DNA of 64,000 nucleotides from Eledone cirrhosa (taxonomy: Eukaryota): NCBI GenBank assembly GCA_964016885.1, contig OZ024742.1:22754001-22818000 (forward strand). The letters run 5' to 3'. Every line of letters starts with the position of its first letter. Positions within the stretch are counted from its first letter, which is position 1. Below are positions 54,266 to 64,000 of this stretch, one piece after another. The notes below the pieces were generated by a model. It worked only from the letters and a program-made list of their open reading frames with translations, did no database searches and was not told where the DNA came from. The position numbers were made by a program, and so were the translations under genes.

Positions 54266-55208
54266 CAGATTTGTTTCATAAATAAATATTGACATAACCG
54301 GAAAAAAGACAACCTCAACGGTTGAAATTCGCCGGATTGTGGAGATACTTGAGGGTGATATAAATTAGTGAGTGAGTATGCAAATGAGTGTCGAAAAAAT
54401 AAAAAAAAACAACGGTTTATTTAAATTAAACTGCTGGAAGAAAATAGATGTAAAAGTTAGAGAGACAAAATAGATGTAAAAGGGAGAGAGACAAAAAATT
54501 GAGATGGAGAGAGATAATGAGAATAGATAAAGAGAATAGAAAAAGAAGAGAGAGATAGAAGAAAAAGAGAAAAATATATCATATTGAGAGAGAGTGAAGG
54601 AAAGAACAAATAATTGAGAGAAAGAAAAAAGTATTGTGCGGGAGAGAGAAAAGAATGTTGAAAAAATATTGGAAAAAGAGGGAGAAAAAATAGTGAGAGG
54701 GAGGTGAAAGAGAAAGATGGGCGAAGTGAGAGAAGCAATAAATTTATATATATGAGTAGTCACAATGTAAACATATTATTCGTTATGTTGTGTTTATATT
54801 ACTTATAAAGATAAAGTTAAAAAATTAAGTTAAATTATTGATACGAAAACTTTACAAAAGAGTATTGTTATAATTTAGTTAAAAAATTAACCAGAAATTT
54901 AATTAATATTTAATTAGGATTTAATTAAAATTTAACTAGTTACAATAAGATATATTACAAGCAGAAGTTTTTAAAATTTATTAAGATGTATTAATACTAT
55001 ATAGGTTTAAATGGGTATTTTATGTTATAGGTTATAAAATATTTGAATGTATAATATTTTGCATTGGAAAAAAACCAAGTATAGTTTATTTGATTAAAGT
55101 AAGTTTGTCAAAATTATATTTAGCCAAAGTTTATTAATAGTTGTAAGTCAAATCTTAAACATAAAATATTTATGAAGATTTACGAGAGTTTAGAAAGGAA
55201 AAATTATT

Positions 55209-55916
55209 TAATTAGGCGTATATATTAAAACAGTTTACAGTTTCGACTATAAATTAAGACTATAAAGATTGAGATAATAAAAACAATAAGGAGGTTTAAA
55301 GGAAGTTAAGAAAGGGATTTTTTTATAACCCAAATGATTCAATGATAGATAGAAATCACTACGTAAGTTATAAGAAGTTATAAAAATTCATCTTAAAATA
55401 TAATTAAGATATGATTAAAATATAAGACATAATTATTGCACATATATATATATAAATGATTGGATATATATGAAAATACATAAGTATTAAAAATATTTGG
55501 ATATATAAGAAAATACATAAGTATTAAAAATAGTTGGATATATAAGAAAATACATAAATATTAAGCATGTTTAGAATATGCAGGGGTAATCGAAATTTAT
55601 ATCATTCAAAAGAACCTTTCAGAAATTTAATCATAAGTTTTACAAATATTTCCAGGAGGTGTTTCGAATTTTTCAAAATATTTTCAGAAAAGAATTTCTG
55701 GAGAGTGCGATAATATAAGTATTGGTTTTAAGGAGTAAATTAAAATTAAAATTAATAAGTGTACTTCATATATTTAGGAAGGTTAGAATCTATATAATCT
55801 GAGGGAAGTCCATTTATTAATATATTGTGTATTTACTCCACTAAATTGTTGAGTGCTTTATATCAGTTATAAACATTTTTAAACTTGTTGAATCCCAACA
55901 AATTAAATATAACCTC

Positions 55917-55952
<36 letters not shown>

Positions 55953-56699
55953 GAGGTTATATTTAATTTGTTGGGATTCAACAAGTTTAAAAATGTTTAT
56001 AACTGATATAAAGCACTCAACAGTTTAGTGGAGTAAATACACAATATATTAATAAATGGACTTCCCTCGGATTATATAGATTCAAAACTTCCTAAATATG
56101 TAAAATACACTTATTAATTTTAATTTTAATTTACTCCTTAAAACCAATACTTATATTATCGCACTCTCCAGAAATCCTTTTCTGAAAATATTTTGAAAAA
56201 TTCGAAACACCTCCTGGAAATTTTTGTAAAACTTATGATTAAATTTCTGAAAGGTTCTTTTGAATGATATAAATTTCGATTACCCCTACATATTCTAAAC
56301 ATGCTTAATATTTATGTATTTTCTTATATATCCAACTATTTTTAATACTTATGTATTTTCTTATATATCCAACTATTTTTAATACTTATGTATTTTCTTA
56401 TATATCCAAATATTTTTAATACTTATGTATTTTCATATATATCCAATCATTTATATATATATATATGTGCAATAATTATGTCTTATATTTTAATCATATC
56501 TTAATTATATTTTAAGATGAATTTTTATAACTTCTTATAACTTACGTAGTGATTTCTATCTACCCTTGAATCATTTGGGTTATAAAAAAATCCCTTTTTT
56601 AACTTCCTTTAAACCTCCTTATTGTTTTTATTATCTCAATCTTTATAGTCTTAATTTATAGTCGAAACTGTAAACTGTTTTAATATATACGCCTAATTA
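55209..56699. repeat. inverted repeat with arms of about 0.7 kb, centred on (TA)n at 55920-55949
   Basis: Arms are reverse-complementary, with few substitutions and a different copy number of an internal 31-bp tandem unit. Confidence 0.92.
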
Positions 56700-56780
56700 T
56701 TTTCTTATATATCCAACTATTTTATATATATATATATATATATATCCAACTATTTTTTATATATATATATATATATTTAA

Positions 56781-56811
<31 letters not shown>

Positions 56812-56994
56812 TATACATATATAAATTTTGAGTATATCTTGGTTGTTCACCGACACCTCAGTATGCAGATTGGAGCACTCGACGAAGTGCGCAGGTTGGT
56901 TTGGTTACTCCGGAATAATGTGAAATAAAATAAATAAGTCAAATATTAAAAATTTGGCTTCGTTTATTACTGCTATATATATTATCCAATTCGG

Positions 56995-57049
56995 ACTGCC
57001 TGAAGAGGTCACAGCCAAAGATGGCTGTCACCGAAATATATATAGCAGT
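56995..57049 (+). ncRNA. type I hammerhead ribozyme in a small fold-back (56925-57095)
   Basis: actgc-CTGAAGA-ggtcacagcc aaagat ggctgtcacc-GAAA-tatata-TA-gcagt. Confidence 0.85.
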
Positions 57050-57102
57050 AATAAATGAAGCCAGATTTTAAATATTTGACTTATTTATTTAATTTTTTAT
57101 TT

Positions 57103-57135
<33 letters not shown>

Positions 57136-57180
57136 TATAAAAAGGAATAATAGATACAATATACTTATTTTTTTCTTTAG

Positions 57181-57271
57181 TCCCGACTGTACAGTTTCGC
57201 TGGTCACTATGCAAAAATGTTATATCATAGATATGTAACATTGTTGTGAGGTAAGCCAGCTTATCAAGAGA
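57181..57271 (-). ncRNA. hammerhead ribozyme, U3-A8 variant
   Basis: tctc-TTGATAA-gctgg...ccagc-GAAA-ctgtacag-TC-ggga; homologue of 6678-6774; partial duplicate at 57766-57793. Confidence 0.72.
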
Positions 57272-57888
57272 GCACCTCAGGGAAGAGCCCTAACTACATA
57301 CGTCCGTAGCATGCGAGACAATCTCAGAAAGGCGGAGGGAGACTCTATCACGTCATACACCGGTCAAGAAAGGGGATTAATCCCTTGTAGCAGCGAAAAT
57401 ATCTCAGAAGGCGGAGGGAGATATTGATATGATACATAGGCTACAGAAGGGTGGTAAGGTTGACTAGAAATGTATATAGTGTTTGCTTGAAAGCAGTCAC
57501 TATACTTCCGTGGTTACTCTACCGTGAGGGAGTTAGAGACAATAATGAGAGGTATACAAATATATGTGTATACATACATATACATGTATATATAAACATA
57601 TATTTTTCACAAGTATGTGAGATTGTATGTTGTCGACCTTAACCAGTGTTACTCTATGATTATGAGAGACAAGATAATCGAAATAATAAAATTGACTCGA
57701 TATCAGAGTTATGTAAAATATTAAAAAAAGGAATAATAGATACAATATATCTATTTTTTCTTTAGTCCCGACTGTACAGTTTCGCTGGTCACTAAAGGTC
57801 GACAACATACAATCTCACATACTTGTGAAAAATATATGTTTATATATACATGTATATGTATGTATACACATATATTTGTATACCTCTC

Positions 57889-57940
<52 letters not shown>

Positions 57941-57944
<4 letters not shown>

Positions 57945-58132
57945 AAAATGTTTAACCCCGACGGCAGAGCTCAAGCCGTTCCGACGGCTATTTCAGTCCA
58001 GAAATAGCCGTCGAAAGGGCTTGAGCTCTGCCGTCGGGGTTAAACATTTTCCTATTGCCCACTCTACTACCCTAAGTATTGAGTACTCTGGTGCGTTAGG
58101 CTCCATCTGGTTCCTTACCACACCTCCTTCGT
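57941..58132. mobile_element. small fold-back with 3'-half hammerheads plus PLE-like tail
   Basis: Palindrome 57941-58055; gccgtc-GAAA-gggcttgagctctgccg-TC-gggg; relatives at 7280-7340, 16495-16660 and 42070-42200. Confidence 0.7.
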
Positions 58133-58177
58133 TATATATATATGTATATATATATATATATATGTATATATACGTGT

Positions 58178-58227
<50 letters not shown>

Positions 58228-58699
58228 GTGTTCATCTCTATTTGTGTATGTGTGTGTCTGTGTTTATGTAGATTGGTTTTACCAACAAACGAAGAAAACC
58301 TCGTCGCAGACATGACCGATGTAATGAATGGATCCAGTATATTACTGGTATATACAGAACCAACGAGACAGCCTCTACATCGTCAATGGGGATGCTTGAA
58401 ATAGCAGCACAGTACAATTTCCTCATACTTAGACAACGAAAAGTCATTGGATAATGGGCTTCTTTTGTCCATTAAACTTAGGGAGATGATGGGATGGTCA
58501 CGGTTAGATCGAGAATTACTTCGAGATAAACCACAATATTAACAACAGCAGAGAAAACAGACCAAAAAGGAAGTGTCTGCTAGTAATAGTCATTTCATTG
58601 ATCAAATAAAGATAAATGTGATGGATTCCCCCTTGGTTTCAATGATGAGCAGTTAGTTATTTGATCAACTGAACTCTTCTTCCCTTTCTGAGTCATCCT

Positions 58700-59100
58700 T
58701 CCATCGAAGATGAATCATGTACACAGTTCTTGTTCCGGACTTCTTGATGTGTCATCGCACCAAGAAGATCCCATCCAGTGAGACCTGTGCTCCTCACCCA
58801 CAATTCTGATGGCTAAGTTTCGACGTCGTATTTGACGATTTGCAGCTGGTGATCAAAGAAGTAGTTTCCTTACAGGTTCATCATAGCTGGAAACATGACC
58901 AGCAAGTGTCAAGGTACGGTATCAAATATCCCTTCCGATGAAACTCGTGCCAGATTGTCATAAAGAACTTTGTTGGTAGTGTGACGTTGCCACGAAATGT
59001 TGATAATTAAACTGAACATCTTGGTGTAGGAACCATCAAGTCTCCCCGAGAGAGTGACAACGAGAATCCAGTGTTCTTGACCTTTCAGCTCAACTTAACT
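58700..59100 (-). mobile_element. decayed RTE 3' fragment
   Basis: LDGSYTKMFSLIINISWQRHTTNKVLYDNLARVS...LAGHVSSYDEPVRKLLL. Confidence 0.75.
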
Positions 59101-60230
59101 ACATACTCTTCAAAGTAACATGTAAGTGAAAGAATATACCACTGATTCCTATCAGCTTAATTCTCAGGTAGGATAACTGTGTCAAAATGTGGTTTGGTTG
59201 GATGTATATTCAAATTATAGGGCCTTCTACACAGTTTCCAACGACAAAATATCATTCATATGTCTTGGGTCGGCACTAGAAAATGAGAAAAGACACATGC
59301 ATGGCCAGGATGGTGGATAGGAGAGATTCGAATCTGGTAACCTCATGATTGCCAATCGGATATCTTAACCACTCGGCCATTATCGAACAGTTGTGAATGG
59401 AATGAAGACATTGCTAAATTTGACACAAGGAAGTTTAATAGTTTTCGAAGGCGCAAAAGTTTTGGAGAAATCCTTTTTCAATGAAAATATCAGGAACCAT
59501 AAACCCGATTAAAGAAGACAGTATGACAAAGATAATTAGCAAAAACAGAAGCCTATCAGCCAAAATGTAATTCTTGACTGGTTTTATGGAAGACGAATGC
59601 CTTAGGCTGAATAGCAAGAATGCTATCGGGAAATAAGTAGTGAAAGCGTTAGACTAGTTCACTGTTTATAAACGCTAACAGCGTTGAATATTCTGTTAGC
59701 TTACACACACAAAACTTTCTTGAGAGTAGGTTCTCATATTTCCTTTTTACAAAAGCTGAGATATGTCTTTGTGCATAGTGAAATATATGACATTCTATCA
59801 CAAAGGTGTCGCTCTTTTTACAAATATATCTTACAAAGAAAGAAGAAAATGAGAAAATACAGATTCAATAAACATTTTTTCTTCTACATCTAAGAAAAAA
59901 TGAAGCTTGCGTAAAAATACATTATTGTTACTCCTGACAGTAACGTTTAATACAGCTGTTGGCCACATGATATCTAGGGTTTTGTTACAATTTTTCCGTG
60001 ACAGACTCAATAAACCTCTGATCTAGCAATAAAATAAAGGTTTGTGAGCTGAATTAAAGCGACAGGAAACACATATATAGATAATATCGTAAATATATTT
60101 CTATACAAACTTTAATAGGCATTCATATAGACTATGTAAATAGACATCGTGAACGACAGTACTCTTGTTCCAGAATGCATTGATTAAAACACACTAGTAG
60201 TTTGTCAAGTAATTTTAATTTATACCATCA

Positions 60231-60315
<85 letters not shown>

Positions 60316-61561
60316 TGAGGAGTGCGACGGAGAAAACATAATCTAATATATTAATTCACAAAGAAGAGAGAATTTGATGGTTGGCAGGCCATTACATCAT
60401 ATGCTAGAAGCAGTAACGTCATAACACTACGTGACAACTCATATTAAGGTACACTATTTAGGACCATGCAAGAATGCATGGTCCCGTAACACCTGATGAA
60501 TCGCAAGGGCACCGTATTGATATACGACGTTGCTAGAGCATTTTAAAACCTGGTGGAGCCCATTTTCTGAATACAGCAGATTTCTTCTAGAGAAGAATAG
60601 AGGTGTGAAAGAATGGAAGTGAGAAAGAGTCATGGAAGATAAATCGACTCCAGTATTAGAATTTAAGAAATTAAGAAATTAAGAAATTAAGTGTTAAAAA
60701 ATTAAGAAATTAAAAGTTAATGAGGTTTATGAATGATGATGCTTATGATTAAAGAAAAAGGAATTAAGAATACTATTTATTTAAGGTTTATATATTGAAG
60801 GGTTTAATAAAATGTGCGAAAAGGAATTTATTAAAATGTATTATTAAATTAAAATATATTAAGAAGATAAGGTGAATGAAGATAAGGTTAAATGAATTAT
60901 GAACTTAGAGGAATTAATTAGGGTCCAAGTTTGTTTCTATATATTGTAATAGGAAAAAGTAAATAATAGATTTAATACGAGCAATGAAAGAGAGAAGAAA
61001 GAAAAAATTCAAGGAAGAAAAAATATATAACGTCAAAAAAATATGTTTACAAAATTTCTCTAATGGTAATATTATTATATATTAAACATATATTAAAAAT
61101 AAAAATTTGTATGACCGAGAATATAAGGAAAATGCTATAGTGAGTTATAAGATGAATTAAGAAGTAATTGAGAAGTAAAAGTTGCAGATTAAAGATTAGA
61201 AATTAAAAAAGAAGAAAATTAGGGGACCGCTAACGACATAGTATGAGTAATATTGTATAATATACTGAAATAAGGTAGAAAGATGGGTATATTTGTAAAA
61301 AATATAAAAGTGTTTGAGAAAAAAAGATTTTAAACTAATTAGGTAGTAAGATATTAGCTGTATAGTTTATGGAAAGATCTATGGGATGTATGCAAGCAGA
61401 GCGAAAATAAATCCGTACGTCTATTTATTATAGAATTAAAATTAGAGATAATGGTAAACCATCTTTTGATTTTATATTATTTATACTCCAGTCCTATAAA
61501 CTGTTGAGTGCTACTTATGCGATATTTGCATTGCTTTATTGTGCTACAATAAAACTCACCT

Positions 61562-61639
<78 letters not shown>

Positions 61640-61648
<9 letters not shown>

Positions 61649-64000
61649 GAATTTTTACAAAATGAAAAAAAAACGAGATTATCCTACATGAGTGAAAGTA
61701 TAAGGAAAACAGATGAAATCGAAAATGCAACTCTAGTTTTTTAAGAATATTTATTTGGTCCCTTTACCGGTTTCGCAGTTCTTGTGTTTTTCAAAAGTAG
61801 AATTGAGATGGAGGGTTTGTGGTTTTTGTCGCATCTGGTTGGTGTTCGAATGTTACTTCTGTTTTATATGGAAAAAAGTGGCTCGAAATGATAAGTTTTC
61901 AGAAAAGTAATTTGGTTGGTTGATGAGTGTCATGTGAATAAGTATAATAAATTTCGCGCCAGTTTGCGTTAGAAAGTTCTTATAATATTTGCCTTTTAAA
62001 AAAAAAAGGGGGGGGGGGGGAGGCTCAGATTGTTTTTTTCATATACGAGTGAAATTTGGTTGGTTGATGCAGTCACGTGAATAAGCACATCAACTTTCGC
62101 GCCAGTTTGTGTTTGAGTTTCTTTTTACTTAAGAAAGTGGCTCAGCAAAGTTTTTTTTAATAAATGTAATTTGATTGGTCTAAATAAACAGGTTTTGTGT
62201 TTCGGATACCTAAATATGGAATGTTACGCGATGCCCCGGCGGACAGGATGGAGAAGGCGTTCGCGAGGAGGACGGCAAGGGAGACGCGCTTGAAAAGCCA
62301 CTCCAACTCGCGGGTCTCACACCTGCAGCTGGCCAGCTCAGCGCCTATGGTGGTGAGTAGGGAGGTAGCCCTGGGGCCGAGGACACCAGAAGTCTCCACT
62401 TCCAGGGGTACAACCGCAAACTTATCAGCGAGCGACCGGTATTTGATGAGCTTGGCATCCTCAGCCCGACGTGCAGCAGAACCTGGGTTAGTGGCAGACT
62501 GCACCAGGTTGCGGCTGCAGAAAGTGTCGGTGCAAGAAGCTTCCCAGACGAGGGAATTGCCACCGCGGAACGGGAAGATGGTCATGCCATCTGGCCTTTT
62601 GCCGTCCCCTCGGTCCAGCCCCACCGGCTCGAGCTGGGAAGGGAAGCCCGCAGCGTCCAAGCCATGCTTTATGACCTCGTTGAGGGCAGCATGGCGTGGA
62701 AGGCGGCCGGCACTGTGGCGACAGGAAAACGAGTAGAGGCTGAAAGAGTCCACGGTGGATCCGCAGCGACATTAGTGTGGCTCGCAGATCCGGAGGGCGA
62801 GCCTCAAGGAAACGCCGATGCGCAGGCTATTGTTGTCTAGCTGCGTGCCAGTGGAGAAGGAGGGCAGGGCATGGAGCCAGACACCACTGTGGGGTCTAAT
62901 TGGTTATAAATGAAATTAATACTGTCACGTGAACAAGTAGATGAAATTTCGCGCCCGTATTTGGGATTTTTTTTTTTATTGTAGCCATTTAGAGAATGTT
63001 GTGCCAAACAAAAGATAATAGTCAAGAAAAAAGGGATGGGGAGAATTGTTCTGGCTCAGTGAGTATGGCTGATGTGCTAGGGTGTCAAAATTCAGACTTT
63101 CTATTAGAATAAGTAAAGTAGAGATATGTATTATTTGTGTGTGCGTGTGTGTGTGTAGGAAGATGATTCTATTAGTAGAAATGGGGGGAGGGAGTTATGT
63201 GTGTGTGTGTATGGGTGTTATATGTGTGTGTGTATGTGTATGTGGGAGTAAGGTTAACATGTTAAGATGGAGAGAATATATATTTGTGTGTGTGTGTGTG
63301 TGTGTAGGAAAATGAATCCATTAGTAGAAATGGAGGAGGGAGTTATGTGTGTGTGGGGGGGGGGGGGGGGTATGGTTAGCATGTTAAGGTGTTAGAATAT
63401 TAACGTATGTTAAGGTTTATTTAGTTCTGCTTTTTAGTTTCTAAAGTAGAAGGTGTTATGTGTGTGTGTGTCCGTGTGTGTATGTGTCTGTTTGGATGGT
63501 TAGCATGTTATGGTGTTGAAAGAATGTATATTAAACTATATCAAATGCTGGTATATATATTTTAATAAACATATTTTCCTTATTTATTCGTATTTGTTCT
63601 GTTGTATTGTTAGCGCAAAGATAAAATGGGAAGACTTGGAATTTGGGTGTCTTATCACTTGCGCATATGTCTAGATGTGCACTGAGTGGTATCTGTCTTG
63701 TGGTAGCGTCTCGTAATTGTTGGCGATGAATTGTCATTCTGTTTCTGAGTGTGAGTTTGGTTTGTCCCATATAATCTTCATTGCATCCTTTACATTTAAT
63801 GGCTTAAAGTAAATTTTTTGATGAGGAAGTGAAGTGATTTTTTACAACAAAGTTTTGGCCTCATTGAAATGTATACATGTTGCCTTCCATGAGGTAAGTG
63901 CAGGTTCCACAATTAGAGTGACCATATTTTTTGACAGTTGCTTGTGGGTTTGTGGTAGGTAATTTGGCATTGGTGAGTAATGTTTTTAGTGATTTCAGTT
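61640..64000 (-). mobile_element. Neptune-type Penelope-like element (GIY-YIG end and 3'UTR with a decayed hammerhead at 61761-61797), running off the window
   Basis: Cys-rich linker NCGTCTYL, then NLL*AIKCKGCNEDYMGQT..LRNRMTIHRQQ...RINKENMFI; 3' end abuts (TA)n. Confidence 0.85.
62184..62892 (-). mobile_element. CRE-like non-LTR retrotransposon 3' fragment (RLE domain) nested in the PLE 3'UTR
   Basis: SCRHSAGRLPRH..LEPVGL..DGKRPDG..W..CTDT..KLIKY..VPLEVETSG; GC-rich; TSD GGTCTAA at 62177-62183 and 62893-62899. Confidence 0.85.

Noticed and set aside
54780-55900. Very AT-rich, strand-skewed tract suggesting a mitochondrial insertion (also 5700-6450 and 60660-61450)
   Set aside because: No mitochondrial gene, rRNA or tRNA motif recognised; two of the three tracts adjoin PLE-type termini
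58272-58404. Possible exon after TTTATGTAG
   Set aside because: No recognisable protein similarity or partner exons
59435-59653. Hydrophobic ORF (ADRLLFLLIIFVILSSLIGF) resembling a Cys-loop receptor M4 helix
   Set aside because: Short, upstream stops, poor splice acceptor, no other receptor exons seen
60488-60540. CTGATGA hammerhead-like start (also at 30778, 43702 and 45461)
   Set aside because: No GAAA with pairing stems, so not callable

Overview
Eukaryotic, repeat-saturated, AT-rich DNA. The SINE families and the density of (TA)n suggest a cephalopod, probably octopus; that assignment is inference. I find no convincing host gene, and most short ORFs are microsatellite artefacts. Recognisable elements are: two tandem near-full-length Tx1/L1-clade LINEs in (ATT)n, with almost identical ORF2 but very different 5'UTR/ORF1; a 5'-truncated CR1-type LINE; RTE, R4/Dong-like and CRE-like fragments; two Neptune-type Penelope-like (PLE) remnants with GIY-YIG; about 12 copies of a tRNA-derived SINE; tandem non-autonomous Helitrons; and a hAT MITE. 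The most striking signal is non-coding. At least 11 well-formed minimal type-I hammerhead ribozyme motifs are present, plus several decayed or half motifs. They have palindromic stem III and include U3-A8 core variants. Most lie in small fold-back (inverted-repeat) cassettes anchored at (TA)n tracts, and several cassettes carry a ribozyme on each strand.
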